DNA from: Alphaproteobacteria bacterium
GTDB lineage: Bacteria > Pseudomonadota > Alphaproteobacteria > JAAXGF01
Direction of reading: 5' to 3'
Length of the DNA: 64,000 bases
NCBI GenBank assembly: GCA_963555825.3
Contig: CAUVXB020000002.1
Span: forward strand, 3,392,001 to 3,456,000
The notes beneath the pieces were generated by a model that worked only from the letters and a program-made list of their open reading frames with translations, was not told the origin of the DNA and ran no database searches. Each line of letters starts with the position of its first letter. Positions within the stretch are counted from its first letter, which is position 1. The position numbers and the translations under genes were made by a program. Shown in pieces: positions 30,107 through 40,938 of this stretch.

Positions 30107-30867
30107 CCGACACACCGCAAGTGCTGCTCGCCCACCACCTCAAGACGCTGAAGCTGCCGACCTTCCTGCGCGAGTACGACAAGATCGCCCGGCAGTGCGC
30201 CTCGGAAGGCGTCGATCACGTCCGCTACCTGTTGAGACTCGCCGAGCTCGAGCTGATCGACCGCGAGCGCCGCATGGTCGAGCGGCGCATCAAGGCGGCG
30301 CGCTTCCCCGTGGTCAAGAGCCTCGACAGCTTCGACTTCAAGGTCATCCCCTCGCTCAACAAGGCGCTGGTCCTGGAGCTGGCCCGCTGCGAGTACATCG
30401 AGCGCCGCGAGAACCTCATCGCGCTCGGCAACAGTGGGACCGGCAAGACCCACATCGCCCTCGGTCTCGGCCTGGCGGCCTGCCAGAAGGGCCTCTCGGT
30501 CGGCTTCATCACCGCCGCCGCGCTGGTCCACGAACTCATCGAGGCCCGCGATGACAAGCAGCTGCTGAGGTTCCAGAAGAAGCTCGCCACCTACAAGCTT
30601 CTGATCGTCGACGAACTCGGCTTCGTGCCGCTGTCGAAGACCGGCGCCGAGCTGTTGTTCGAGGTGTTCAGCCAACGCTACGAGCGGGGCTCGACCCTGG
30701 TCACCACCAATCTGCCCTTCGACGAATGGACCGAGGTGTTCGGCTCCGAGCGCCTCACCGGCGCGCTCCTCGATCGCCTCACCCACCACGTCAACATCCT
30801 CGAGATGAACGGTGACAGCTACAGGCTCAACCAGAGCCGCAGGCGTCAAACCCCGACTGCTAACTGA
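30103..30867 (+). CDS. istB: IS21 helper ATPase IstB
   Basis: Same protein as 14393-15157. Confidence 0.95.
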   Translation: MTDTPQVLLAHHLKTLKLPTFLREYDKIARQCASEGVDHVRYLLRLAELELIDRERRMVERRIKAARFPVVKSLDSFDFKVIPSLNKALVLELARCEYIERRENLIALGNSGTGKTHIALGLGLAACQKGLSVGFITAAALVHELIEARDDKQLLRFQKKLATYKLLIVDELGFVPLSKTGAELLFEVFSQRYERGSTLVTTNLPFDEWTEVFGSERLTGALLDRLTHHVNILEMNGDSYRLNQSRRRQTPTAN

Positions 30868-31020
30868 ACCGACCACCCAGCCCACGCTTGACCCCGTGGG
30901 CCCACAGGTCCCTCCCGCGCGCGCCGCCGCGTCAGCCTGTTGAGGGCACGCCGCGTCGCGCGCGGGGCCCTCCCGTGGACTACGGGGACAAGCCCGCAGC
31001 CGCCAAGCGGTCCCTTCTTA

Positions 31021-32195
31021 TACCAGTGAGCGCCTGAATTGACTCTCGGGATATTCATTGATGGCGGATGATGGCGGATTGTGATTCTATGGTCTCCCAC
31101 CAGATGTGGGGGATGTCATGGGATCAGCACTCAAGATACGGGATGATTTGACGCCTTTGGAGCTTCGGCGCTGGGCTCGCGTGGAATCGTACGGTCGAGC
31201 GGCGGCGCGGGCCTATGGGATCGCGAATGCTTTGGAGGAGATGCCCCGGGCTGATGCCGCGCGGCTTGCGGGGATGGATCGCCAAACGCTTCGCGACGCG
31301 GTTGTTCGTTACAATGCAAAGGGATTGGAGGGGCTTCACGACCGTCCAAAGGGCTACTCGCCGCGGCGGCTGACGGCAGACGAGGAAGCGGCGCTGGCGG
31401 CGGTCATCATCGCCGGGCCGGAGCCTGAGCGCGACGGGGTTTGCGCCTGGACCCGGGCCGATCTGTGCCGCTGGCTGGAGGAGCGCTTCGCCAAGACCTA
31501 CCACCCCTCGAGCATGACCCGGGTTCTACGGCGGATGGGATTTTCCCGCCAGAAGGCGCGCCCGAGCCACCCGCGAAGGGACGCCGAAGCGCAGGAGCGC
31601 TTCAAAAAAGGGGGCTTCGCGACATCCTGAAGGCGACCGCCGCGGCGCATCCCGACAAGCGCCTACAGCTGTGGTTTCAGGATGAAGCGCGCGTCGGCAA
31701 CAAGGGCCGGGTGTGTCACCGGTGGTGGCGCAGGGGCGAGCGTGCCCCCGGGACGCGTCAAATCGGCTACCAGTGGGCCTACATCTTCTCCGCCGTGCGC
31801 CCGGACACCGGCGACGACGTCACCCTGGTGATGCCGAGCGTCAACGCCAAGGTCATGGACCTGTTTCTCGCACACTTCGCCGATACCCTGGACCAGGATG
31901 CGCACGCCGTCATGATGTGCGACGGCGCCGGTTGGCACGACGAGCGCGCCCTCACCGTCCCCGACAACGTCACCTTGGCGCTGTTGCCGCCTTACAGTCC
32001 CGAACTCAACCCCGTCGAGCGGGTTTGGCTCTACCTACGCGAACGCTTCCTATCGCTCCGCGTCCTCGACGACACCGAGGCCATCATCGACGCCTGTTGC
32101 CAAGCATGGATCGACCTCATCGCAGAACCGGATCGTATGCGAACCCTCTGCGCCTATCCATGGATCATGAAGGTGATTTCATAGGCTCACTGGTA
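31021..32195 (+). mobile_element. IS630-family element A, copy 1 (transposase 31118-32184 via -1 frameshift)
   Basis: TIR TACCAGTGAGC / GCTCACTGGTA; AAAAAAGGGGG slippery site at 31604; FQDEAR, DGAGWH, PPYSPELNPVE. Confidence 0.92.
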
Positions 32196-32445
32196 TCAGA
32201 CATCAATCAGGCCAGACTGCTGACAGCACGCTGTCACTAGACCCATGGTAGTTAGACCGACCTTGCTTAGGTGGAATCACCGCTGGGTTCCTGGTGAGGC
32301 GTTCGCTCTTGGTGGAGGAGTCACGAGTTTGAATCGCGGATCAATGTTCAGAGAGCGCGCAAAATCAAGAGCTTGCAGGCCTGTATCCGGATAGGCGCCG
32401 GGATGGCCCGCTCACGGGGCCTGTTCTCACCAACGAAGGAGAGGG

Positions 32446-33939
32446 GTGTTTATGACGAACGATAATGGAATCGCCGCGACACCAAGGAAGGGGGGGCGCA
32501 TCAGACTCGGTCTGAACGGCGCCAGCGCCTCCGATTCGCTCGACCCCGGTCAGCTCACGGACACGTTCCCAGCCGAGGTGTCATTCGGTCAGACTCGCAA
32601 CTGCTTGGTTGAGCTGAATACCGAACACGAAGCCGTCGGCGAACTGGCCGAGAACTGGGAATCTTCCAGTGCGGCAGACGTGTGGCATTTCAAGCTGCGT
32701 AAAGGCATCGAGTTTCACAATGGCAAGAGCCTGACATCAGATGACGTGGTTTACACCATACAACAGCACCTTGGTGAAGACTCCAAGTCGGCGGTCAGCG
32801 GTATTGTGAAGCCGGTGAAGAGCGTCAAGGCGGATGGCCCGAACGCGGTGGTGTTCGAGCTCGAAGCCGGCAACGCCGACTTCCCCTACATCCTAGGTGA
32901 CTATCACCTGTCCATCGTTCCTGTTGGCACCACCGGCAAAGAATATGAAAAGAGCATCGGCACCGGCGGCTACATCTTGAAAGAGTGGGAGCCTGGCGTC
33001 CGCGCGTTCAATGTTCGCAACCCGAACTACTGGAAGGAAGGAAGAGCCCATTTTGACGAAGTCGAAACCTTTGCCATGAACGACGTTGGTGCCAGAACCG
33101 ACGCGCTCAAGGCCGGCACCATTGACGTCATGGATCACGTCAACCTCGAAACGGTAGACCTTCTGGAGAAGACTCCCAGTATCAATGTAATCAAGACCAC
33201 AGGGCTCCGCCATTACGCCATGTCGATGCGCACCGATCAGGCGCCGTTCGACGACAACCACGTTCGACTGGCGCTGAAACATGCGCTCGACCGGGATGCC
33301 ATTCTGGAGACAGTGCAACGCGGCCACGGCGTAATCGGCAATGACACCCCCATCGGTCCCGGCCATCGATACTTCGCCAAAGAAATCCCGCAACGTAAAT
33401 ACGATCCCGACAAGGCCAAATGGCATCTAGGTCAGGCTGGTTTGAGCGGCATGAAAGTCGATCTGACCACCGCCGGCGTGGCATTTGGTGGCGCCGTCGA
33501 TGCGGCGTTCCTGTACAAGGAGCACGCCGCCTCTGCCGGTATCGACATCAACGTCGTACAGTGCGTGCCCGACGACGGATACTGGAGCAAGGTGTGGATG
33601 AAGAATGGCTGGCGCATGTCATATTGGAGCGGGCACGTCACCGCGGACTGGATCTTGTCGACCGTTTACGCTGCCGGTTCGGCCTGGAACGAAACCTTCT
33701 GGAATCACGAGCGGTTCAACAAGCTGCTGGTGGTTGCACGGTCCGAGCAAAACGACAATCGGCGCCATGAAATGTACGTGGAGTTACAGCAAATCCTTCA
33801 CGATGAAGGCGGCGCGGTCATACCGCTGTTCGCAAGTCACCTCGCTGCCACCCGCGATAATGTGGCCATTCCTGATGAGTTGATTCCTGCCTGGGGCATG
33901 GACGGCGCCAAGGCTACCGAACGTTGGTGGTTTAGCTGA
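32446..33939 (+). CDS. ABC transporter substrate-binding protein, family 5 (DppA/OppA-like)
   Basis: ELAENWE…FKLRKGIEFHNGKSLTSDDVVYT signature; GTGGY; AAGGAG RBS. Confidence 0.92.
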   Translation: MFMTNDNGIAATPRKGGRIRLGLNGASASDSLDPGQLTDTFPAEVSFGQTRNCLVELNTEHEAVGELAENWESSSAADVWHFKLRKGIEFHNGKSLTSDDVVYTIQQHLGEDSKSAVSGIVKPVKSVKADGPNAVVFELEAGNADFPYILGDYHLSIVPVGTTGKEYEKSIGTGGYILKEWEPGVRAFNVRNPNYWKEGRAHFDEVETFAMNDVGARTDALKAGTIDVMDHVNLETVDLLEKTPSINVIKTTGLRHYAMSMRTDQAPFDDNHVRLALKHALDRDAILETVQRGHGVIGNDTPIGPGHRYFAKEIPQRKYDPDKAKWHLGQAGLSGMKVDLTTAGVAFGGAVDAAFLYKEHAASAGIDINVVQCVPDDGYWSKVWMKNGWRMSYWSGHVTADWILSTVYAAGSAWNETFWNHERFNKLLVVARSEQNDNRRHEMYVELQQILHDEGGAVIPLFASHLAATRDNVAIPDELIPAWGMDGAKATERWWFS

Positions 33940-34027
33940 GCTCAGGGGATAATCCCGAATCGTAATCCCTATCTGTAATCGAGTCCAAAAAACCAACCTC
34001 ATCTGCTTTTCGTACTAATTTGTGCAA

Positions 34028-34747
34028 CGGGCTGTCCTAGCTAAGGGCGTTTCTGTCTCAAAATAATCCATGTCTTCAATTGGTTAAGCAGTTCTCGGTG
34101 GTCACCTCCGTTGAACCGCCATTCGCACTCCTTGAGGAACAGGTGAAAGCTCTGTTTCGGGACGCCATTGAAGCGCCGTAAATGCCGCTTCGCCTGGTTC
34201 CAGAAGTTCTCGATCCCGTTGATATGGCTCCGCTCGTCGACGAACCGCTCCGAGTGATTGATCCGAACATGGTGGAAGTCCGAAACGTCCAGGGCATCAT
34301 AGCTCGAAAAGCCGTCCGTATAGACGATGCTGTCAGGCCGGATCATACGCTCCATAATCGGCATCAACGTGGCAGTCCGGGCATTGGGAATCATCGCCGT
34401 GTAGACCTTCCCACCTCGCTTCAAAAGCCCGAAAACCGGGACTTTTCCGCCAGCGCCTCGACCCCGCTTGCCTTTGCGGCGGCCGCCAAAATAACTCTCA
34501 TCAACCTCGATCTCTCCGGCAAAAGGCGAGGCCTTCTCCATTTCCTCGGCAATCACCTTGCGAAGCCGAGTATAAAACGAGGCCGCCGTGTTCCGGTGGA
34601 CGCCAACCAGTTCGGCTGCTGCCCGAGCCGTCGTACCCGCAACGAAGTGCTCAATCAGACGACCGCGCTTCCAATCACTGAGCCGGCTTTTCCTCTCGTA
34701 CATCCCGCCATCCTAGCCTAAGCATGCCGCTTAGCTAGGACAGCCCC
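34028..34747 (-). mobile_element. IS1595-family (IS1016-like) element, copy 1, transposase 34041-34703
   Basis: TIR GGGCTGTCCTAGCTAAG; 8-bp TSD TTGTGCAA; EVDESYFGG, YTDG, INGIENFW. Confidence 0.95.
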
Positions 34748-35626
34748 TTGTGCAATATCTCTGGCGGCATGTGCAAACACAGCGGTGAGGACGATGCCGC
34801 CGCCAACGAAGCTTGCAAGCGGCGGTAGCTCTGCAAGCAGCAACCAAGCGAGCAGAATCGCAAATGGCGTTTCCGCGGCGCCGAGAAGGCCGGCCTCCGC
34901 CGCCGGGATCAGTCTTGTACCTTCCGTCCACAGCACGACCGCGAGGGCCCAAGAAATGCCGAATAAGGTCAAGAGTACCGCGTCCTGTTGTGATACCGCG
35001 AGGGGATCGACAACGAACCAGCCAACGAGGAACAGTTGGAATGCCGACACGCCGCCCGCCAGGACCACTGGACTGTCTCGAAACACGCGGATCAGCACCA
35101 TGTAGAGCGCGTTGCCCAATGTCATGAAGAGCGCAACGGCGTCACCCACCAGTTTGCCAGAAGCGGGTCCTCCCGCAACGAGGATGACCACCCCTAAGAG
35201 CGAAAAGGCGGTAGTAACTGCCGTTCGCCGCTGAAATCGCTCGCGAAGTAGCCACCAAGCGAGGCCTGCCGCCATGAACGGAACCGTGGCATAGATCACC
35301 GCAACATTCGCAATATACGTCAATTTGAAAGCGAAGATGAACGCCAAGCTCGCCACGCTGCCGACACACGCGAGGAGCCATCCTCGCCAGCCCAAGCGGA
35401 ACGATTCACGCGGGGGTTTGGCACGGCCCAACCACGCGACGTAAAGCGCGATCAACATTCCGCCCAGGAGTCCGCGCCAACAAGCTATCGTCCACGCGTC
35501 CGCTGCAATCGATTTCGTCAGAACACCCGCAAGGCTGAATGCGAGCGCGGAGGCGACCACAAGAAGAACGCCCAACAGATGTCCGTCGCGACGGCCGGCT
35601 GGTTTGCCCAAATCGGCCTCCTCCAC
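34718..35626 (-). CDS. DMT/EamA-family transporter; last codons supplied by the IS
   Basis: ~10 hydrophobic helices in two EamA-like repeats. Confidence 0.88.
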   Translation of the reverse strand: MEEADLGKPAGRRDGHLLGVLLVVASALAFSLAGVLTKSIAADAWTIACWRGLLGGMLIALYVAWLGRAKPPRESFRLGWRGWLLACVGSVASLAFIFAFKLTYIANVAVIYATVPFMAAGLAWWLLRERFQRRTAVTTAFSLLGVVILVAGGPASGKLVGDAVALFMTLGNALYMVLIRVFRDSPVVLAGGVSAFQLFLVGWFVVDPLAVSQQDAVLLTLFGISWALAVVLWTEGTRLIPAAEAGLLGAAETPFAILLAWLLLAELPPLASFVGGGIVLTAVFAHAARDIAQGAVLAKRHA

Positions 35627-35712
35627 TGGCTGCGGTCCGCCATCATAGGGGGAGGTTGCTGACAGCTATGTGTCAGCAGTGATGCTATACTCGACCACAA
35701 GGAGGCCTCGCA

Positions 35713-36396
35713 TTGAGCCGGTCCGTCCGCATGTTCGAGATCATTCAGCTGCTCAGGAGCGCCGAGGCGCCCCTGACCGCAAGCGCCATTGCGAGCGTGC
35801 TCGAAGTGACGAAGCGGACCATCTATCGCGACATTGCCGCGCTGCAAGCCACGCGCGTGCCGATCGAGGGGGAGGCCGGTGTCGGCTACGTGATGCGCCC
35901 AGGATTCGACCTGCCTCCGCTGATGTTCACGGCCGAGGAAGTCGAGGCGATTGTCGTCGGCTTGGCGCTTCTTGGGCGAACCGGGGACGCTGGTCTTCAG
36001 TCAGCGGCGGCAAGCGCCGGCCAGAAGATCGGCGCGGTTCTCCCCGGCGATGGCGAGCCCGATCTCAAGGGTTGGCCGTTCTACGCCTCGAGCTGGAATG
36101 CCATTCCTCAGTCGCGCGTCGATCTGCGGGTTTTCCGCAGAGCCGTTCGCGAGGAGGAAAAGGTCCGGCTCACCTATTCAAACGCTGATGGCAAGCGCAC
36201 GCAACGCACAGTCCTGCCGATCGCGCTTCTTTACTACATCGAGGTCGTCGTGCTAGCGGCTTGGTGCGAGCTCAGGTCCGACTTCAGGCACTTCCGCATC
36301 GACCGAATCGTCGATTGCAAGCCCATCGGCGAGCGGTTCGCTGGAGAGGGCAAGTTTCTCAGGGCGAAATGGCAAGAGCAACATCGTCTGCCCTGA
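35713..36396 (+). CDS. YafY-family HTH-WYL transcriptional regulator
   Basis: RTIYRDI HTH, LPPLMFT, AWCELRSDFRHFRIDRI. Confidence 0.92.
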   Translation: MSRSVRMFEIIQLLRSAEAPLTASAIASVLEVTKRTIYRDIAALQATRVPIEGEAGVGYVMRPGFDLPPLMFTAEEVEAIVVGLALLGRTGDAGLQSAAASAGQKIGAVLPGDGEPDLKGWPFYASSWNAIPQSRVDLRVFRRAVREEEKVRLTYSNADGKRTQRTVLPIALLYYIEVVVLAAWCELRSDFRHFRIDRIVDCKPIGERFAGEGKFLRAKWQEQHRLP

Positions 36397-36566
36397 TCGG
36401 TCCCGGATTCTCAATGTCGGTTTGGGTTCATGAACGGCCGTAGCGCTGCGCGTGCGTCGAGATCCGCCGTCGGGCGCGAAGAAAACATGAACCGCTGAAT
36501 GGCCGACATGCCGGGCGTCGGCCCGGCGGAATTTCAGACCGGGACACAACCCCGACCTCGGCATGC

Positions 36567-36595
36567 TTGCAATTGCACGGGGCGGTCGCTATAAG
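36567..36595 (+). promoter_or_regulatory. Putative sigma70 promoter of rpmI-rplT
   Basis: TTGCAA-17 bp-TATAAG. Confidence 0.55.
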
Positions 36596-36681
36596 GCGGC
36601 TTCGAATTCGAGTGGTGCGGCCGACGGCATGCCCAGCTGCTCAAAACGACACCTGGCAACCGCCAAACCAAGGACAGGAAA

Positions 36682-36879
36682 ATGCCGAAGCTCAAGACCA
36701 AGAGCAGCGCCAAGAAGCGCTTCTCGTTCACGGCCACCGGCAAACTTCGCAAGAACTACGCCGGCAAGAACCACTTTATGCGGCGGCGTTCGCAGAAGGT
36801 CATCCGCAACACGCGCGGCACCAGCCTCGTGTCCCGCGTCGATGCGCGCATCATCAAAAAATTTCTTCCCTACGGCTAA
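36682..36879 (+). CDS. rpmI: 50S ribosomal protein L35
   Basis: [21 protein letters not shown]; synteny. Confidence 0.97.
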   Translation: MPKLKTKSSAKKRFSFTATGKLRKNYAGKNHFMRRRSQKVIRNTRGTSLVSRVDARIIKKFLPYG

Positions 36880-36891
36880 GGAGAGCGATCG

Positions 36892-37257
36892 ATGGCTCGA
36901 GTAAGCCGGGGCGTCACCGCCCATGCCCGTCACAGGAAGGTCGTCAAGCTCGCCAAGGGCTACCGCGGCCGCAGCAACAACTGCTTCCGCCTGGCGCTCG
37001 GCCGGGTCGAGAAGGCGCTGCAATACGCCTATCGCGACCGGCGCACGCGCAAGCGCAACTTCCGTTCGCTGTGGATCCAGCGCATCAACGCAGGCGCGCG
37101 CGAGCGCGGCCTGACATACGCGCGCTTCATGCACGGCCTCAGCCGCGCCGGCGTCGGCATCGACCGCAAGGTGCTCGCCGACCTCGCGGTGCGCGAGCCG
37201 GAGTCGTTTAGCGCGCTCGTCGAAAAGGCGCGATCGGCGCTCGCCGACGCGGCCTGA
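36892..37257 (+). CDS. rplT: 50S ribosomal protein L20
   Basis: [16 protein letters not shown]…YAYRDRR…WIQRINA. Confidence 0.98.
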   Translation: MARVSRGVTAHARHRKVVKLAKGYRGRSNNCFRLALGRVEKALQYAYRDRRTRKRNFRSLWIQRINAGARERGLTYARFMHGLSRAGVGIDRKVLADLAVREPESFSALVEKARSALADAA

Positions 37258-37283
37258 CGGGGCCACATCTCGACGATACGAGG

Positions 37284-37317
37284 AGGGGCCTCCCACATGA
37301 GAGGCCCCTTCTTCTTT
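37284..37317 (+). terminator. Rho-independent terminator-like hairpin between rplT and pheS
   Basis: AGGGGCCTC…GAGGCCCCT followed by TCTTCTTT. Confidence 0.65.
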
Positions 37318-37342
37318 GGCAGAAGGGGGTGAACGAAACGAC

Positions 37343-38419
37343 ATGGAAGACGCCGACCGACTGCGCGACAGGCTGCTCGCCGAAGTCGCCGAGGCGACCG
37401 ACCTCGACGGGCTCGAGCGCGCGCGTGTCGCCGCGCTCGGCAAGAAGGGCGTTCTCACCCAGCACATGAAGGGCCTGCGCGAGCTGGCGCCCGACGCGCG
37501 CAAGGCTGCCGGCGCGGCGCTAAATGCGGTCAAGGACGCGGTCGTGGCGGCGATCGAGGCGCGCAAGACCGCGCTCACGTCGGCGGCGATCGATGCGCGG
37601 CTGGCCAGCGAGAGCCTCGACGTCACGCTGAGCGCGCCACCCGAAGCCGAAGGCCGCGTCCATCCGGTCAGCCAGGTGCTCGACGAGATCGTCGAGATCT
37701 TCGCCGACATGGGTTTCGCGCTGGCCGAGGGGCCGCATATCGAGGACGACTTCCACAACTTCACGGCGCTCAACATCCCGCCCGAGCACCCGGCGCGCCA
37801 GGAGCACGACACCTTTTATTTCAATCCAGGCGCCGACGGCGTGCGCAAGCTGTTGCGCACCCACACCTCGCCGGTCCAGATCCGCTATCTCAAGGCCAAC
37901 CCGCCGCCGGTGCGGATCATCGCGCCGGGCCGCACCTATCGCTGCGATTCGGACCAGACGCACACGCCGATGTTCCACCAGGTCGAGGGGTTGGTGGTCG
38001 ACCGCACGACGCATATGGGACACCTCAAGGGCTGCCTGCACGATTTTGTGCGCGCCTTCTTCGAGGTCGACGACCTGCCGGTGCGCTTCCGGCCGAGCTA
38101 CTTCCCGTTCACCTCGCCATCGGCCGAGATGGACATCGGCTGCACGCGCGATGGCGGCGAACTCAAGATCGGCGCCGGCGACTCCTGGCTCGAGATCCTC
38201 GGCTGCGGCATGGTGCACCCCAACGTGCTGGCCAACTGCGGCGTCGATCCGGCCGAGTATCAGGGCTTCGCCTTCGGCGTCGGCATCGACCGCATCGCCA
38301 TGCTGAAGTACGGCATCGCCGACCTGCGCAGCTTCTTCGACGCCGATCTGCGCTGGCTCAGGCACTACGGTTTCGCCGCGCTGGATACGCCGACGCTGGG
38401 CGGGGGGCTGACGCGATGA
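37343..38419 (+). CDS. pheS: Phenylalanine-tRNA ligase alpha subunit
   Basis: [38 protein letters not shown]; start refined to ATG 37343. Confidence 0.98.
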   Translation: MEDADRLRDRLLAEVAEATDLDGLERARVAALGKKGVLTQHMKGLRELAPDARKAAGAALNAVKDAVVAAIEARKTALTSAAIDARLASESLDVTLSAPPEAEGRVHPVSQVLDEIVEIFADMGFALAEGPHIEDDFHNFTALNIPPEHPARQEHDTFYFNPGADGVRKLLRTHTSPVQIRYLKANPPPVRIIAPGRTYRCDSDQTHTPMFHQVEGLVVDRTTHMGHLKGCLHDFVRAFFEVDDLPVRFRPSYFPFTSPSAEMDIGCTRDGGELKIGAGDSWLEILGCGMVHPNVLANCGVDPAEYQGFAFGVGIDRIAMLKYGIADLRSFFDADLRWLRHYGFAALDTPTLGGGLTR

Positions 38420-40806
38420 AGCTCACGCTTTCGTGGCTCAAGAACCATCTCGAGACCGAGGCGACGCTCGACGAGATCGTCGCCCGCCTCACCGCGCTCG
38501 GCCTCGAGGTCGAGGACGTGGTTGACCCGGGCGCGGCGCTTGCCGCCTTCACCGTCGGCTATGTCATTGAGGCGACGCGGCATCCCAACGCCGACAAGCT
38601 TTCGGTCTGCCGGGTCGACACCGGCGCCGGCGAGGTCCAGGTGGTGTGCGGCGCGCCCAACGCGCGGGGTGGCATGAAAGGCGTCTTCGCTGCCTCGGGA
38701 CTGACCGTCCCGGGTACCGGCCTCAAGCTCAAGAAGTCGGTCATCCGCGACGTCGAGAGCAACGGCATGCTGCTGTCCGAGCGCGAGCTGGGCCTTTCGG
38801 ACGAGCACGACACGATCATCGAGCTGGCCGACGACGCACCACTCGGCGCGCCCGTCGCGCCGCTGATGGGCCTCGACGATCCGATGATCGACATCGCCAT
38901 CACACCCGACCGGGGCGACTGCCTGGGCGTGCGCGGCATTGCCCGCGACCTGGCGGCGGCCGGCATTGGCGGGCTGGCGCCGCTCGACGACGCGGCGATC
39001 GCCGGCGGCTTCGAGAGCCCGGTCGCCGTCCATCTCGAATTCGACGCCGAGACTGCGGATGCCTGCCCGGCCTTCGTCGGCCGCTACTTCCGCGGGCTCA
39101 CCAACGGGCCGAGCCCGAAATGGCTGCGCGACCGGCTGATCGCGGTGGGTTTAAGGCCGATCTCGGCGCTGGTCGACATCACCAACTGGCTGACCCTCGA
39201 CTTGGGCCGCCCGGCGCATGTCTTCGACGCCGGCAAGCTCGCGGGCGACGTCCGCGTGCGTCTGGCGCGCGACGGCGAGCGCATGGCGGCGCTCGACGAC
39301 CGCGAATACCAACTCAACGATCAGGTCACGGCGATCGCCGACGACAGCGGCGTCATCGGGCTCGGCGGCGTGATCGGCGGCACGGCGACCGGCTGTACCG
39401 CCGACACCACTGAGGTGCTGCTCGAGATCGCCTGTTTCGACCAACTGCGCACGGCGAAGACCGGCCGCACGCTGGGCATCGAGAGCGACGCGCGCTATCG
39501 CTTCGAGCGCGGCACCGACCCGGCTTTCATGCGGCCCGGCGCCGAGATCGCGACGCGGCTGATCCTCGAGCTGTGCGGCGGCGAGGCGAGCGAGGTCTTC
39601 GTCGCCGGCGAGATTCCCGCGGCGCGCCGCCGGCTGCCGTTCCGCACCGAGCGCGTCGAGAGCCTGGGCGGCATCGCGCTCGACGCCACGGCCTGCTACG
39701 ACATCCTCGGCCGGCTCGGCTTCGAGATCGACGGCGAGCACGTCACTGTGCCGAGCTGGCGTCACGACATCGAGGTCGAGCCCGACGTCGTCGAGGAGGT
39801 GCTGCGGGTCTACGGCTTCGACCGCATCCCCGAAGTCTCGATGCCGCGCGAGCACGGCGTCGCCGCGCCGGTGCTGACGACCGCCCAGCGCCGCGTCGGC
39901 TGGACCAAGCGGGCGCTGGCGGCGCGCGGCCTGGCCGAGGCGGTCACCTGGTCGTTCCTGCCGGCGGCGCAGGCCGAGGCGTTCGGCGGCGGCGGCGGCG
40001 ATCTCAAGCTGGCCAATCCGATCTCAGCCGAATTGACCGACATGCGGCCCAGCCTGATCGCCAACCTGATCGCCGCGGCGGGGCGCAACATCGACCGCGG
40101 CTTCAACCGCGTCGCGCTGTTCGAGGTCGGCCAGACCTATGCCGACGACACGCCCGACGGCCAACACATCGCGGCCGGCGTGGTGCGCGCCGGCGCGTCC
40201 GCCCCGCGCCACTGGCGCGATGCGCCGCGCCCGGTCGACGCCTTCGACGCCAAGGCCGACGCGCTCGCCGTGATCGCCGCCTGTGGCGGCCCGGCGGCCA
40301 AGGTCCAGGTCGGCGCGCCGGGGCCTGAGTGGTACCACCCGGGCCGTTCGGGCACGCTCAGGCTCGGCCCCACCGTGCTGGCCCATTTCGGCGAGCTGCA
40401 CCCGCGCGTCGCGGCCGACTTCGACGTCGGCGGCCCGCTGGTCGCCTGCGAGGTCATGCTCGACGCCATCCCGGCGCCCAAGGCCAAGACGACGCGCGCC
40501 AAGCCGCCGGTCACGCTGTCGCCGTTTCAGTCGCTGCGCCGCGACTTCGCCTTCGTCGTCGATGCGGGCGTGCGCGCCGACGACCTGGCGCGCGCCGCGC
40601 GGGGCGCCGACAAGGCGCTGATCGCAGCCGTTCGGCTGTTCGACTCCTATGAAGGATCCGAGCTGGGCGACGGCAAGCGCTCGCTCGCCATCGAGGTCAC
40701 CCTGCAGCCGACCGAGCGCACGCTGACCGACGCCGACATCGAGGCTGTCTCGAAGAAGATCACCGCCGCGGTCGAAAAAGCGACGGGGGGCGTGCTGAGG
40801 GGGTAG
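38416..40806 (+). CDS. pheT: Phenylalanine-tRNA ligase beta subunit
   Basis: [35 protein letters not shown]. Confidence 0.98.
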   Translation: MKLTLSWLKNHLETEATLDEIVARLTALGLEVEDVVDPGAALAAFTVGYVIEATRHPNADKLSVCRVDTGAGEVQVVCGAPNARGGMKGVFAASGLTVPGTGLKLKKSVIRDVESNGMLLSERELGLSDEHDTIIELADDAPLGAPVAPLMGLDDPMIDIAITPDRGDCLGVRGIARDLAAAGIGGLAPLDDAAIAGGFESPVAVHLEFDAETADACPAFVGRYFRGLTNGPSPKWLRDRLIAVGLRPISALVDITNWLTLDLGRPAHVFDAGKLAGDVRVRLARDGERMAALDDREYQLNDQVTAIADDSGVIGLGGVIGGTATGCTADTTEVLLEIACFDQLRTAKTGRTLGIESDARYRFERGTDPAFMRPGAEIATRLILELCGGEASEVFVAGEIPAARRRLPFRTERVESLGGIALDATACYDILGRLGFEIDGEHVTVPSWRHDIEVEPDVVEEVLRVYGFDRIPEVSMPREHGVAAPVLTTAQRRVGWTKRALAARGLAEAVTWSFLPAAQAEAFGGGGGDLKLANPISAELTDMRPSLIANLIAAAGRNIDRGFNRVALFEVGQTYADDTPDGQHIAAGVVRAGASAPRHWRDAPRPVDAFDAKADALAVIAACGGPAAKVQVGAPGPEWYHPGRSGTLRLGPTVLAHFGELHPRVAADFDVGGPLVACEVMLDAIPAPKAKTTRAKPPVTLSPFQSLRRDFAFVVDAGVRADDLARAARGADKALIAAVRLFDSYEGSELGDGKRSLAIEVTLQPTERTLTDADIEAVSKKITAAVEKATGGVLRG

Positions 40807-40938
40807 CGACTTACATTGCCTCTAGGAACGGCAACGCATAGTGCTTATACGTTTGCAACTGGCACGTGATTACGAAATTCGACCCAGTATTGAACGTACT
40901 AGGACTGAATCGGCTCAACAGCTATACTTAACCGGATC

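Larger units (their letters stand above)
28487..31020 (+). mobile_element. IS21-family element A, copy 2 (inverted relative to copy 1); outer right end lost at IS630
   Basis: Near-identical reverse complement of ~14240-16774. Confidence 0.93.

Noticed and set aside
35713-36396. WYL protein as a defence-system regulator
   Set aside because: Ordinary YafY type, divergent from a DMT transporter, with no defence genes.
36589-37812. 407-aa ORF antisense to rpmI-rplT-pheS, and similar shadows over pheT, lepA and the TRAP genes
   Set aside because: Opposite conserved genes; typical GC-rich shadow ORFs.
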